From the NCBI GenBank assembly GCA_013416795.1, contig RQSC01001236.1:85780-149779 (forward strand): 64,000 bases of DNA. The letters run 5' to 3'. Made by a program: the position numbers and the translations under genes. The DNA comes from Prasinococcaceae sp. CCMP 1430 (Eukaryota > Plantae > Prasinodermophyta). The notes under the pieces were generated by a model. That model worked only from the letters and a program-made list of their open reading frames with translations. It had not been told where the DNA came from and made no database searches. Positions 22,480-33,600 of the stretch are shown one piece after another (position 1 is the first letter of the stretch; each line of letters begins with the position of its first letter).

Positions 22480-24531
22480 TCATGCCGGGAGGCCCGCCAG
22501 CGAACGCAGGAGCAGGACGAAGGGGGGGTAGCTCACGAGCGCCACGGCCAGCGCTCCGCCGATAGCGAAGGTCGCCGCGGAGAACGCGCTCGCGTCCCGC
22601 TCTCCGAGCGCCGCCAGGCCAGCAGTCCCAGCACCGTGGCTAGAGCCCCCTGAGGCGATTCCCCGGGCCGCCGGGGAGTGGATGCCCAGCGCAGTGAGGA
22701 GCGGGGGCAGCACGCTTAGACCGAGCGTGCCGGAGATGACGCATGCCGCCGCCGCAAGCGCGGTCGGTGCTTCAAGCTTGGCGGCGATGACCACAGCCAG
22801 GCCCGACGTAATATTTTTGCTGAGGCTCGCCATTGCGAGGGGCTCCGACAGCCCGAACGCACGCGCGAGCAAGGCACCGACGGCCATGCCCAGCGGAACC
22901 GCGGTCAGCAACCCAGCCGCCAGCGGTGCCACAGCACGCGCGAGCGCGCGGCGGTTGGCCGACACCTTCAGCGCGCAGCTCACGATGGAGGCGGGGACGA
23001 GCGAGAGAAGGATCGCGCCCGTCCCCGCCTGGTAGGCGATCACTGCGTCCGTTCCCCGCGCTGCCGCCAGCCCCAACCCAATGACTAGGCCCGCGGTCAC
23101 CGTAGGGAACATTCCAGCCCTCTGCAACGACGCAGGCACCCTCTCCGCGAGTCTGTACGCTGCGATTGTGGCGAGCAGCCCTGCGGCGACCTCCACCACC
23201 ACCGCTGGGCAGCCCACTGCGAAGCCGCCAGCAGCGCACGCGACACCTGCCAGCGACGCGCTTCGCAGCGAGCACACGCGGTCGAGCAGCGCAATGGCCG
23301 CCACCCCGGAGGACGAGCTGGAAGCAGAGGCGGCATCATCGGCGGTCACGCGCGGGATCCCGCCGTCGCTTGCGGGCTGGGGCACCCCACGCGAGGAGAG
23401 GCGCTCCGCCGCGGCTGCGGCCCAGCCTGCCCCGACCGCTACGAGGAGCCACCCGACCACGGCCGCGGCGACCGCGCGCGCCAGCTCGCCGCCGCTGGGC
23501 AGTCCCCCCGCGAACAGGCTTGTCACGTACGGCACGAAGATGAATCCCACGAAGCGATCCAGCATGCGCTCCGCGGGCGCGAGAGCCCTGGTGGCGGCGT
23601 CCCTCAGATGCGCGGGCGCGCAGAGCAGCGCGGCAGTGAGTGCGACGAGGCCCGCGACGGCCGGCGGCACGTCCGCGCCGAGCGGCGGCATCGCGAGCAG
23701 CGCCGCCGCGCCGTGTGCCGCTGCAGAGAGCGCACAGATTCCCACGGCTGCTCCCAGCAACTCGCTGGGACCCGCCGCCCCCCCATCCTCCCGCTGTCGC
23801 ACCCCCTTCCCCTCCGCCGCGGCGCAGCGAGCGGCGGCTGAACGCACCGGCCGCGCGCGCCCCGTCACGCCGACGCCTGGTGCGCCGCTGCTCGCCCTCA
23901 CGAACGAGCTGGGCGGGGCTGCCAATCCAGTCGAGCCCCCAAGCGACGAAAGTTCGGTCAGACTGCGAGATCGGCGGTGCTCTCGCAAGGTGCCGCTCGC
24001 GCGAGCTCTCACGTCCGTATGTGATGACGTGCGTGGCCGCGCGGGCACCTGCTGCGGCGTGCCACCGCGCGACGAGCCACGCGAGCGCGGCGTACTGCGC
24101 TGCGAGGGCGACGACGACCCTGTGGGCGTCGACGTGGGGGAGGAGCGCATGTCTCCGAAGGTCTGGCGCACCCAAAGCAGCACTTCCTGCGCGGCAGCGT
24201 GCGCACCGGCCTCGGTGGCGAACGCGCCGTGCCCTGTCACCATGGGGCTCGTATCGACCTTTGCAGCAGCCGCGCGGCGGTCGCGCGCGCTCCGCCGACG
24301 CACGTGCCCCACAGTGGCCACCTTCGTCGCCCCGGGCATTCTCCGTGTCCTTTCGTGCAGTGATCCCAGCGGCGCGCAGTAGTCCTTGTCCACCGCCACG
24401 AAGAGCTTAGGCTTGCTCGTGCTCACGTGGCTGCGCCCTGGCGCGAGTGCCCACGCCATGCGGAACGGATACCCAACACATGCCAGACCCCACACATTTG
24501 TTGAGCAGTCGGCGCAGGACATGCCGATCAC
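22480..24531 (-). CDS. LrgA/LrgB-type membrane transporter (PLGG1-like); start uncertain (N at 24533)
   Basis: FIFVPYV (LrgA-like), LLSLVPASIVSCA, SKNITSGLAV, ARGIASGGSSHGAGTA (LrgB-like). Confidence 0.75.
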   Translation of the reverse strand: MIGMSCADCSTNVWGLACVGYPFRMAWALAPGRSHVSTSKPKLFVAVDKDYCAPLGSLHERTRRMPGATKVATVGHVRRRSARDRRAAAAKVDTSPMVTGHGAFATEAGAHAAAQEVLLWVRQTFGDMRSSPTSTPTGSSSPSQRSTPRSRGSSRGGTPQQVPARPRTSSHTDVRARASGTLREHRRSRSLTELSSLGGSTGLAAPPSSFVRASSGAPGVGVTGRARPVRSAAARCAAAEGKGVRQREDGGAAGPSELLGAAVGICALSAAAHGAAALLAMPPLGADVPPAVAGLVALTAALLCAPAHLRDAATRALAPAERMLDRFVGFIFVPYVTSLFAGGLPSGGELARAVAAAVVGWLLVAVGAGWAAAAAERLSSRGVPQPASDGGIPRVTADDAASASSSSSGVAAIALLDRVCSLRSASLAGVACAAGGFAVGCPAVVVEVAAGLLATIAAYRLAERVPASLQRAGMFPTVTAGLVIGLGLAAARGTDAVIAYQAGTGAILLSLVPASIVSCALKVSANRRALARAVAPLAAGLLTAVPLGMAVGALLARAFGLSEPLAMASLSKNITSGLAVVIAAKLEAPTALAAAACVISGTLGLSVLPPLLTALGIHSPAARGIASGGSSHGAGTAGLAALGERDASAFSAATFAIGGALAVALVSYPPFVLLLRSLAGLPA

Positions 24532-24660
24532 CNGCCTGGTGCTGCATCAGCGCAGCGAGCATGCCCTGCGCGAGCTCGGGAGGCCACTTCCTCCGTGGAG
24601 GTGGGTGGGTCGGGTGGGTGGAAGGGGCCGCGCGCGCGCGCCGCGTGCGGGCGCGCCAGG

Positions 24661-25716
24661 ATGCCGCCTGGAGGGGTGCACCTGGCGGTGGGCACGACGC
24701 TCGCGCGCCTGCTGCCGGACAAGGCAATGCTCGGCGGCGACGCGCGGGCGCTCTCGTGGCTGGGCAAGAGCGCACAAGCCGGGGACCCCGTCTCGCGGCG
24801 GTGCGCGCTCGCCGCTCGGCTGGGGTTCGTGGTCGGCTCGATTCTGCCGGACGCGGACCTGCTCGGCTGCGTGGCGGCCGTTGCGGTCACAGGCGACCGG
24901 CGGTGGATAGACATCCTGCACAGAAAAGCGACACACTCGCTCCCGCTCATCGCCGCCATCGCGGTGTACGCGCACAAGGCTGCTTGCTGGAGCCGCGCCA
25001 GGGCAGAGGGGACGGGAGCGGCCCGGCACGCCGCCGAGGGGCCGCAGCCGCAGTGCCAGCTGGGCACGCGCCAGGACGAGCCGGAGGCGGCCGCGCGAGG
25101 CTGGCTCGCCCCGTATGTGCGGACGCGCGCGGAGGCCGCTCGCCTCTGTTTCGGCGCGGCCTGTGGTGCCTTCGTGCACGTGCTGCTGGACCTGTTCTAC
25201 CTCCAGCCGTTCTCGCCGCTGTGGCCCTACCCGGCGACGTACGGGCCGCTCATTGGCCCCACGGCCGCCGAGATCGACGCGTTCGGGGGGGACGCGTGGA
25301 AGTGGATAACGTGGCTGGACTTCCTCAGCGACGCTCTGCTCTTCACCCTGCCCATGCTTATCATCTGCCGCGTGTACTCGCTGCACAAGGAAGTCTACCG
25401 GTCTTTGTTGGTGTTCGCGCTTGCGCAGCTGGCCGTGCTGGCCCTCTTCGCCCCGCTGCTCGACGACGTGCGGGTTGGCCACGAGGACTTCGTCTTCTAC
25501 CTTCACATTCCGGGCGTCGTATGGATGGTCTTTTGCGACGCGAGCCCGCTCCTGCTGCGGCACGCGGTCGTCCGAGCAGTGAGCAGCGATTCGGGCCCCG
25601 AGGACTCCGACACGTCGACGTATGAGAACGAGTGCGCGCAGGACTGCTCGCGCAGTCCGAGCCCCCACGAACTCGGTGGCGAGGGCGCCAGCAGCGGCTA
25701 CAAGAAGCTCGAATGA
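24661..25716 (+). CDS. YdjM-like membrane metal-dependent hydrolase
   Basis: GVHLAVG, GSILPDAD, HRKATHSL, GAFVHVLLD, LWP motifs with several TM segments. Confidence 0.7.
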   Translation: MPPGGVHLAVGTTLARLLPDKAMLGGDARALSWLGKSAQAGDPVSRRCALAARLGFVVGSILPDADLLGCVAAVAVTGDRRWIDILHRKATHSLPLIAAIAVYAHKAACWSRARAEGTGAARHAAEGPQPQCQLGTRQDEPEAAARGWLAPYVRTRAEAARLCFGAACGAFVHVLLDLFYLQPFSPLWPYPATYGPLIGPTAAEIDAFGGDAWKWITWLDFLSDALLFTLPMLIICRVYSLHKEVYRSLLVFALAQLAVLALFAPLLDDVRVGHEDFVFYLHIPGVVWMVFCDASPLLLRHAVVRAVSSDSGPEDSDTSTYENECAQDCSRSPSPHELGGEGASSGYKKLE

Positions 25717-25912
25717 GCACGCCGCGCGCCTCACGTACCATGGCTTGGTCCATCGCGTCGAACTATTTGCTCCGCTCTCAGTGCATGCCTAGTGCACACG
25801 TCTGTACGGGGTACCTAGGCACCTCGTCTTAAGACCAATTTTTTTGTTGTGCAGACCAGGCCGGGCAAGAGTGTTTTACAACGAGCCGCAGCGACGCGGA
25901 CTCGTGGGGTCG

Positions 25913-28720
25913 CTACTTGCCAGGCTCGGGCTCCACGTAGTCCGGGTTCGGCTTCAGGATGACGATGCCCTCCAGCGCGGACGTGAGCGCGATGTACTTC
26001 TCGCTGGCCAGCTCCGCGCGGTCGCCGGCGCCCAGGAGCACGGGCGTGGTGTGGGTCTGGAAGCCCGTGATGCTCTTGGGTTTGCCCGCCTGGCCGACGA
26101 CGTCCACGGCCTGTCCCACTCGCACGGGCACCGGCAGCGGCGAGCCCTCCTCGTCCACGGTCACGAGCATGCGCGGCGCCATGCTCGAAAAAAGAGAGTA
26201 CAGGAGGTAGTGCTGCTTTCCGCCAATGGTCGCCTTGACGTCGAGCGCCGCGAAGAGCGTCACCAGCAGGCCGGCGAAGGCTGCGGGGCAAAGCTGCGAC
26301 GGCGAGCGGTACGGCGAGAGCGTGACGAGCCCCTTCCCCGCGTGGCACAGCCCCTGCGCAACGCGCACCATGAAGAGCGCGGCGCTGTCCTTGTAGTAGT
26401 AGCTGCTGAGGTTGCGCAGCATGCCCGCGATGCGCGCGTTGTTCGTGCCCGCCGAGATGATGCCGAGGGAAAGAATCGCCCCCTGCGCCGTCTCGGCGTC
26501 GGCGTCGTGCGTCAGCCTGCTCAACATGTCCGCGATGGTCATCTGCGGATTTGACACGGACAGCAGGGCGAGCGATAGCGGCACCGCCCGACGCAGGTTC
26601 GTCTCGCCGTACTGCAGCAAATGCTCGAGCGCGCGCACCGACATGGCGCTGCCCAGCTCCTCGCCCAGCGCCACCATGGCCACGCCCAGGCACGCAACGG
26701 CCTGGTGCCAAATCGGCTCCTCCTCCTTGCCCTCAGCGGCGGCGGCATCGTCCCCCTCCGCCTTCTCCTCGGCCTCGGCACCCAGGTGCTCCGAGCACAT
26801 GTGCAACAGCTGCTGGACGCGCAGCACGGAACCCGAGCCAGCGTAGGCGCACACCTCCAGCGTCACCACGCACAGCTTGCTCACAGCCGCGTCGAGGACC
26901 TTCGCGACCTCCACCGACGGCTCGACGGCTTCCTGCTTGTTGAGGAAAACCAGGCCCAGGCCCAGGCACATGAAGCGGGCGGCGGGTTGCGCCAGCTCCT
27001 CCGACGTGCGGCCCATCAGCGCCTCGCAGATGGCGCCCGCCACCTCCTGATTGCAGCTGCCCACGTAGACCATGCCCAGGCTGAGCGCTGCCATGCTCGC
27101 GGCCTCCATGCTCAGGCCGTCCTCGTTGAGCGTGTCGCACAGCAGCTCGTGGACCTCCTCCTTGCAGCAGCCCGCGTACGCCAGGCCCAAGCCCATAATC
27201 GCGCACGAGCGCACGTCGGCGTTCTCGTTCCCCACGGAGTCGCTCAGAAGGGCAAACGCGGGATCGCACTCGTTGCGAACGCCCGTGTTCACCACGCCCA
27301 CCGCGAGCAGCGCGCCCGCCACCACATGCGGGTCGGACGAGTACAGGTACTTGTCGATCTGCGGCAGGCCGCCGTCGACGTCCCACAGCGTGATCGCGCC
27401 CAGCGACGCCGCCGCGGCGATCTTGCCGTGGTCCTTGTTCTTGTAGAGCCAGCTGACAGTGCTGCCCGAGCTGGACTCGGGGGGTGGCGCGGTCATGAGC
27501 TTGTCCGAGCCGAAGCCGGCGTTTACGAACGCGTTGACGTAGGTCGCCGCGAGGTTGGCGCGCGCACTGTCGACCGTCGCCGCGGTGGGCTGGCGACCGT
27601 CGATCAAGTGCGCCTTGTAGATGTCCTCGGGCGTCTTGGCCTCCATGACGTCCAGATCGCGAGCGAGCGCGAGGTACGTCTCCGAAAGGCGCGCGTTGCC
27701 GACGGCCTCCGCGAGCGTCTCGCACTCGTCGTCGTCTAGCTCCTCCTCCTCGCTGAGGTCGAGCGCCGCCCCCTGCCTGCCCAGAATGTGTGCGAGCTGC
27801 TTGCGCCCGAGGGCGTCCGGGCACGCGAGGAAGACCGCGCGCATGCGCTCAGGCTCGTTCATGCGCAGCGCCAGGCGCAGGGCGTCATCCCACACCTTGT
27901 ACGCCATGTAGATGTCGTACGCCACCGCCAGGCAGAGCGTGTCGTCCGGCTCTGCGAGGTAGGCAGACATCGACGCGAGGTACAGGCAGGCACGCCCGTA
28001 CGAGTGCTCGGTGACGAACTCCTTCACGAGCTCCAGCTGTTCAACCTCGACGAGCAGATCCACGGCGTCGGGTTCGGCGTAGTGCTCCATGTTGAAGGGC
28101 ACGATCTGGCGGACCAGGTGCATCAGGTCCTCCTTGGAGATGAGCCCCGTCGACACCGGCGGCAGCGCATCGGCGTCTGCCTCTTTCTCCTCCGTCTTGA
28201 CGGCCTCCTTTTCCTCGGCGGAGTGCTGGGCGTAAGCGGCGGCGACCTCGCCGGAGAGGTTGCGCACGTACTCGTGTCCCCAGCCACCCAGGTCCTCCTT
28301 GTCTCCCAGCAGCTTGAAGCGCAGGCTCTCCAGCGTGCCCTCCTCGGCCATGGTCATGGCGAGCACGCTCATCACGTCGGCAAGCGGCGCGCGCAGGGCG
28401 TCGGACTCGGGCGTCCGCAGAAACAGCTTCTTGAGCGCGCCATAGTGCGGCCGCAGGAACTTGAGAGGCTTGGGCACCGCCGTCATGCTGCTCGTGGCGC
28501 TCGCGATGGACGTGCGCATCATATCGAGCGCGCTCTTGCGCACCTCGGCGCCCTCGGCGTCGCCCGTGAGGCGCTCGACCATGAGCTCCAGATCCGCCTT
28601 GAGCTTGGCGTCCTCCTCGCTGAGCTCGGGCTCTTCATCCTTGTCGCCCTTCTTCTTCTTCTTGTCCGCAGCCTTGGCGCCGCTCGGCGCGGCCGGCGCT
28701 GCCGGCGCGTTTGGTGCCAT
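25913..28720 (-). CDS. RPN1: 26S proteasome regulatory subunit RPN1/PSMD2, intronless
   Basis: TSSMTAVPKPLKFLRPHY, GHEYVRNL, DSARANLA..VNAFVNAGFG.DKL, VRVGQAVDVVGQAGKPKSITGFQTHTTPVLL. Confidence 0.97.
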   Translation of the reverse strand: MAPNAPAAPAAPSGAKAADKKKKKGDKDEEPELSEEDAKLKADLELMVERLTGDAEGAEVRKSALDMMRTSIASATSSMTAVPKPLKFLRPHYGALKKLFLRTPESDALRAPLADVMSVLAMTMAEEGTLESLRFKLLGDKEDLGGWGHEYVRNLSGEVAAAYAQHSAEEKEAVKTEEKEADADALPPVSTGLISKEDLMHLVRQIVPFNMEHYAEPDAVDLLVEVEQLELVKEFVTEHSYGRACLYLASMSAYLAEPDDTLCLAVAYDIYMAYKVWDDALRLALRMNEPERMRAVFLACPDALGRKQLAHILGRQGAALDLSEEEELDDDECETLAEAVGNARLSETYLALARDLDVMEAKTPEDIYKAHLIDGRQPTAATVDSARANLAATYVNAFVNAGFGSDKLMTAPPPESSSGSTVSWLYKNKDHGKIAAAASLGAITLWDVDGGLPQIDKYLYSSDPHVVAGALLAVGVVNTGVRNECDPAFALLSDSVGNENADVRSCAIMGLGLAYAGCCKEEVHELLCDTLNEDGLSMEAASMAALSLGMVYVGSCNQEVAGAICEALMGRTSEELAQPAARFMCLGLGLVFLNKQEAVEPSVEVAKVLDAAVSKLCVVTLEVCAYAGSGSVLRVQQLLHMCSEHLGAEAEEKAEGDDAAAAEGKEEEPIWHQAVACLGVAMVALGEELGSAMSVRALEHLLQYGETNLRRAVPLSLALLSVSNPQMTIADMLSRLTHDADAETAQGAILSLGIISAGTNNARIAGMLRNLSSYYYKDSAALFMVRVAQGLCHAGKGLVTLSPYRSPSQLCPAAFAGLLVTLFAALDVKATIGGKQHYLLYSLFSSMAPRMLVTVDEEGSPLPVPVRVGQAVDVVGQAGKPKSITGFQTHTTPVLLGAGDRAELASEKYIALTSALEGIVILKPNPDYVEPEPGK

Positions 28721-28767
28721 CACTCCCCGCCGGCGCCGGCGCCCGCCACCGGGCGGCCGCGCGCTCG

Positions 28768-29043
28768 NNNNNNNNNNNNNNNNNNNNNNNNNNNNNNNNN
28801 NNNNNNNNNNNNNNNNNNNNNNNNNNNNNNNNNNNNNNNNNNNNNNNNNNNNNNNNNNNNNNNNNNNNNNNNNNNNNNNNNNNNNNNNNNNNNNNNNNNN
28901 NNNNNNNNNNNNNNNNNNNNNNNNNNNNNNNNNNNNNNNNNNNNNNNNNNNNNNNNNNNNNNNNNNNNNNNNNNNNNNNNNNNNNNNNNNNNNNNNNNNN
29001 NNNNNNNNNNNNNNNNNNNNNNNNNNNNNNNNNNNNNNNNNNN
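28768..29043. other. Assembly gap (276 N) in the RPN1/COPB divergent promoter
   Basis: Run of N. Confidence 1.
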
Positions 29044-29159
29044 CGCGCGGGAGGCGGGCGATCGGACGCGACGGGGGCTCGGACCACGTCCGCACGGGAG
29101 CGCCGCGAGCGGCGCGGCGCTGGGCGCGCCCCCGCCCGCCCGTCGCAGAGGAAACACTC

Positions 29160-29177
29160 TTAGGGTTGGCCTGGGCC
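29160..29177. promoter_or_regulatory. Telo-box-like TTAGGGTT next to a site II-like TGGGCC upstream of beta-COP
   Basis: ttagggttggcctgggcc about 40 bp upstream of the ATG. Confidence 0.4.
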
Positions 29178-29211
29178 GCGGCCCGGGGCGCCCCCCGTCA
29201 CGCGCGCGGCC

Positions 29212-32200
29212 ATGACGTCGCTCGTGGAGAGGAGCTGCACACTCCTCGTCAGCTATGAGAAGAGCTCGGTGCGTAGCGCGCGCCTGCGATGCCGCCGGCC
29301 CACTTCGCGCAGTGCACGCCACGCCTCGCGCGCGCGGGCGGGCTCGCGTTCCACCGGCCCTCACCGATCGACTGCCGGATGCAGCAGCCTCGACGTGTGT
29401 CGAGCCCTCGTCCGCGCCGGCGTCCGCCGCGTCCGCTCCGGACGCGCCCGCTTCGGCCACCGCGCTCTCAGCGTCATCGCCAGGGTCCCCTTCCATCTCG
29501 CACCGCCGGCTGCCCCCTCTCCTGGGGGGGGGGGGGGGGGGGCCCCCCCCCCCCGGCGCCTTCGTTTCCCTTCTCCCCTTCCGTCGCGCGCATGCGGCCT
29601 TGCGTCTGACGTAAGCGCCTGCCCCCTCGCATTTCATCGCGCCCCGCCTGCTACGCAGCAAACGATCGTGAACGATGTGAAAGGCCAGCTCGAGGAGGGC
29701 GACGCAGAAGACAAGATCGATGGTATGAAGAAAGCCATCGCGCTCCTGCTTAACGGCGAGCCGATGCCGGGCATGTTCATTACCATCGTCCGCTACGTGC
29801 TGCCGTCGGAGGACAAGACCGTCCAGAAGCTGCTGCTGCTGTACATGGAAATTATCGAGAAGACCGACTCGAGCGGCTCCATCCTGCCGGAGATGATTCT
29901 CATCTGCCAGAACCTGCGCAACAACCTTCAGAGCCCCAACGAGTACCTGCGTGGCTGCACGCTGCGCTTCATCTGCCGCCTGACAGAGGGAGAGCTGCTG
30001 GAGCCGCTGGTGCCCTCGATCATCTCCAACCTCGAGCACCGCCACTCGTTCGTGCGCCGCAACGCCGCGCTGGCGATCAAATCGATCTACGGGCTGCCCA
30101 ACGGCGAGATCCTGCTGGCGGACGCGCCGGAGATCATGGAGAACTTCCTGTCTGGCGAGTCGGACGTCAGCGCCCGCCGCAACGCGTTCCTGATGCTTGT
30201 GGAGCATGCGCGCGAGCGGGCGCTCGGCTACCTCATGAGCAACCTGGACCAGCTGGCGAACTGGGGCGACGTGCTGCAGATGGTGGCTCTCGATCTCGTG
30301 CGCAAGTCGTGCCGCGCGCAGCCGCAGGACAAGGGCAAGCTCATCAAAATCATCCTCGCACTGCTGGCGTCGGGCTCGACGAGCGTCATCTACGAGTGCG
30401 CGAACGCGCTGGTGGCGCTCTCCACCGCGCCGACGGCCGTCCGCGCCGCCGCCAACGCGTACTGCCAGCTACTCGTATCGCAGAGCGACAACAACGTCAA
30501 GCTGATCGTGCTCGACCGCATCGAGGAGCTGAAGGCAAACCAGCGCGACATCATGCAAGAGATGGTGATGGATGTGCTGCGCGCGCTGAGCAGCCCGAAC
30601 CTGGACATCCGCAAGAAGGCCCTCGACATCGCGCTCGACCTCACCACCCCGCGCTCCATCGAGGAGGTCGTGCTCACGCTCAAGAAGGAGGTGGTGAAGA
30701 CCCAGGGCGCAGGCAAGGACGACAAGAACGGTGACTATCGCTCCCTCCTCGTCCAGGCGATCCACTCGGCCGCCGTGCGCTTCAGCGACGTTGCGGGCAG
30801 CGTCGTGAGCGTGCTCATGGACTTCGTAGGCGACTCCAACACCGCCTCGGCTCTCGACGTGGTGCACTTTCTGCGCGAGATGGCGGAGACCAACCCCACG
30901 CTGCGCCCGGTCATCGTCGAGTCGCTGCTTGACTGCTTCTACCAGATTCGCTCTAGCCGCGTGTGCACCTGCGCGCTGTGGATCATCGGCGTTTACTGCG
31001 AGGGCGACGAGGCTGTGCTGCAGGGCCTCGCGACCATCAAACAGGCGCTTGGCGAGACGCCCTTTTACTCCGAGGAGGAGGAAGAGACGGACGAGGAGGA
31101 GGATGCCCCCGACGCCTCTGCTTCGCCCGGTCCTGTCGTCAGCTCGCGCCCGGTGGTGCTGGCGGACGGCTCGTACGCGACGCAGACCGCCGTCACCGAG
31201 GAGTACGCCGTCACTGGGACCACCGCCACCGCCGCGCCGCACTTGCGGACTATGCTCCTGGGCTGCGACTTCTTCGTGGGCTCGGTCGCCGCCACTGCGC
31301 TCACCAAGCTCACGCTGAGGCTGCGCGGGGGATCGTGCGCGCCGTCGGTGGCCAACGCCGAGCTTGCCGAGGTGATGCTCTACCTCGTGTGCATGCTGCG
31401 TCTCGGGGGGTCCAAGGGGCTGGCGCAGCCGATGGACGCCGACTCGGCGAACCGCATCGCGCTGTGCCTCCGCGTGCTCAGCGACCCGTCGGAGGCCATG
31501 AGCGCGGTGTGGCTGGGCGAGTGCCGAGCCGCCTTCGCTGGGATGATCGCGGAGAAGAAGGGGCGCGAGGCGGCGGAGGCGGCGAAGGCGGAGACGGCGG
31601 CGGCGACGCAGCCCGACGAGCTCATCGACTTCGTCCAGCTCAAGAGCCGCAAGGGCATGAGCCAGATCGAGATTGAGGACTCTGTGGCGACCGATTTGCA
31701 GCGCGCAACGGGCATGCTCGAGGACAGCTCCAAGGACAAGCCCCGGCTCAACAGGGTGATGCAGCTGACCGGCATGAGCGACCCGGTGTACGCCGAGGCC
31801 TATGTGACGGTGCACCAATACGACGTGCTGCTGGACGTGACCGTCGTCAACCGTAGCGACACCACCATGGAGAATCTGGTGCTCGAGCTCGCGACGGTGG
31901 GCGACCTGAAGCTGGCGGAGCGCCCACAGAACCACACGCTGGGCCCGATGGACTCGGTGGAGATAAAGGCCAACATCAAGGTCACCTCCACGGAGACGGG
32001 CGTGATCTTCGGCAACATCGTGTACGACTCTGGGCTTGACCGCAAGGTGGTCGTGCTCGCGGACATCCACCTGGACATCATCGACTGGATCAACCCCGCC
32101 AGCACCGCCGACGTGACCTTCCGGTCCAAGTGGGCTGAGTACGAGTGGGAGAACAAGGTTGCGATCAACACGTCCTTGACCGACGTGCGCCAGTACCTGG

Positions 32201-32463
32201 ACCTGATTTGCACGTCCACCAACATGGGCTGCCTCACGCCCGAGTCGCAGCTCGAGGGCGAGGCGGGCTTCCTCGCAGCCAACCTGTACGCGAAGTCCGT
32301 GTTCGGCGAGGACGCGCTCGTCAACCTCAGCGTAGAGAAGGGTGCCGATGGCAAGCTCTCCGGCTTCGTGCGCATTCGCAGCAAGACGCAGGGCATCGCC
32401 CTGAGCCTCGGCGACAAGATCACGCTCAGGCAGAGCGGGCGCGGCACGGCGGCGGCGCTGTGA
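29212..32463 (+). CDS. COPB1: Coatomer subunit beta; intron 29269-29658
   Basis: CTLLV, LLLLYMEII, MILICQNLRNNLQSPNEY.RGCTLRF, QLTGMSDPVYAEAY, GFLAANLYAKSVFGEDALVN, RIRSKTQGIALSLGDKI. Confidence 0.97.
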   Translation: MTSLVERSCTLLVSYEKSSVRSARLRCRRPTSRSARHASRARAGSRSTGPHRSTAGCSSLDVCRALVRAGVRRVRSGRARFGHRALSVIARVPFHLAPPAAPSPGGGGGGAPPPRRLRFPSPLPSRACGLASDVSACPLAFHRAPPATQQTIVNDVKGQLEEGDAEDKIDGMKKAIALLLNGEPMPGMFITIVRYVLPSEDKTVQKLLLLYMEIIEKTDSSGSILPEMILICQNLRNNLQSPNEYLRGCTLRFICRLTEGELLEPLVPSIISNLEHRHSFVRRNAALAIKSIYGLPNGEILLADAPEIMENFLSGESDVSARRNAFLMLVEHARERALGYLMSNLDQLANWGDVLQMVALDLVRKSCRAQPQDKGKLIKIILALLASGSTSVIYECANALVALSTAPTAVRAAANAYCQLLVSQSDNNVKLIVLDRIEELKANQRDIMQEMVMDVLRALSSPNLDIRKKALDIALDLTTPRSIEEVVLTLKKEVVKTQGAGKDDKNGDYRSLLVQAIHSAAVRFSDVAGSVVSVLMDFVGDSNTASALDVVHFLREMAETNPTLRPVIVESLLDCFYQIRSSRVCTCALWIIGVYCEGDEAVLQGLATIKQALGETPFYSEEEEETDEEEDAPDASASPGPVVSSRPVVLADGSYATQTAVTEEYAVTGTTATAAPHLRTMLLGCDFFVGSVAATALTKLTLRLRGGSCAPSVANAELAEVMLYLVCMLRLGGSKGLAQPMDADSANRIALCLRVLSDPSEAMSAVWLGECRAAFAGMIAEKKGREAAEAAKAETAAATQPDELIDFVQLKSRKGMSQIEIEDSVATDLQRATGMLEDSSKDKPRLNRVMQLTGMSDPVYAEAYVTVHQYDVLLDVTVVNRSDTTMENLVLELATVGDLKLAERPQNHTLGPMDSVEIKANIKVTSTETGVIFGNIVYDSGLDRKVVVLADIHLDIIDWINPASTADVTFRSKWAEYEWENKVAINTSLTDVRQYLDLICTSTNMGCLTPESQLEGEAGFLAANLYAKSVFGEDALVNLSVEKGADGKLSGFVRIRSKTQGIALSLGDKITLRQSGRGTAAAL

Positions 32464-32643
32464 TGATGTGACATATATAGACCTTCTCCGTCTGTAAGCG
32501 TGGGGCTTTCGCTCGCACACCGCGCGCAGCCGCGCGCGCGGCCGTCGCTGCTTTTTGCGCGAGGCTGCGGAGACAAAGTGGCATGGAGACCCCCAGATAA
32601 TTACTGCGAGAGCATGCTGCTGGGACGACGCGGCGGCGAGCGC

Positions 32644-33544
32644 TTACTCGGCCTGCACGGCGGCCTCGGCGAAGCAGATGTCCGGGGTGCGGTTCGCGAG
32701 CGGGCCGTGCGCAGTGCGAAGCTGCGCGAACACGCCCTGGGAGAGCATGCGGCCCTCGGCCTTCCACTTGAGGTAGTCCTTGCGCAGGTACTTGGTGAAG
32801 CCCCAGTTGCGGCTGGTCACGATCTTCTGCCTGCCCGCGAACTTGAACTTGGCACGACGGAGCGCCTCGTGGGCGGCCGCCTCGTTGCTGTCCTTGGTGC
32901 GCACCGAAACGAGCACCTGACCGATCGCCACACGCGCGCAAGTGCCCTGCGCCTTGCCGAACGCGCCGCGCATGCCGGTCTGCAGACGATCCGCACCGGC
33001 GCACGAAAGCATCTTGTTGATGCGGAGCACGTGGTAGGGGTGCACGCGCACGCGGATGTGGAAGGCATCCTTGCCGCAGTACTTCACCATGTACTTGTTG
33101 CACGCCACACGGGCGGCCTCAAGCGCCTCCGAGCACACGTTCTCCTTCTCCCAGGACACGAGGTGCACGCAGCAGGGGAACTGGTCCACGCCGGCCCTCT
33201 TGGCGCCGCAGTCATAGATGCGGATCTTGGGGTCCGGCACCGAGCGCTGCACAGCCGATCGCGCGGAGCGGCGGGGTCAGAGGCCGCGCTGCGAGCACGC
33301 AGGGGAGATGCACGGAGTCCCCGCGCGCGGCGCACGAAGAGCTCCCCGGGCGGCGAGCGCGGCGAGCACCGCGAGAGGGCAAGGGTGCAAAGGAAGAAAA
33401 AAAAGGGTGGGTGCGGGTGCTCGCGAGGCGCGCGCGCGCGCGCGGGGCGCGCGCGCGTGTCCCTCCTCGCGCGCGCGCGACGCACCACAAAGCGCGACTT
33501 GGGGTACGGCTTGTTCTTGATCACGCGGTAGCAGCGCGCGGGAC
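32644..33544 (-). CDS. RPL10: 60S ribosomal protein L10 (uL16); exons 33486-33544 and 32644-33246; first micro-exon not located
   Basis: [19 protein letters not shown]|[12 protein letters not shown]...EALEAAR...[30 protein letters not shown]. Confidence 0.95.
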
Positions 33545-33600
33545 CTGCGGGCGGCGGGCGGGCGGCGGGCGGCACGGGTCAGCGGCGCGCCCACGACAAA

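Noticed and set aside
29524-29553. G-run followed by C-run hairpin in the beta-COP intron
   Set aside because: Homopolymer low-complexity sequence, prone to sequencing error; no functional evidence.
26621-32520. Long antisense ORFs opposite RPN1 and beta-COP (e.g. 26621-27739, 30469-32520) and many similar ones
   Set aside because: These are shadow ORFs caused by very high GC3. They lack motifs, and the opposite strand encodes conserved proteins.
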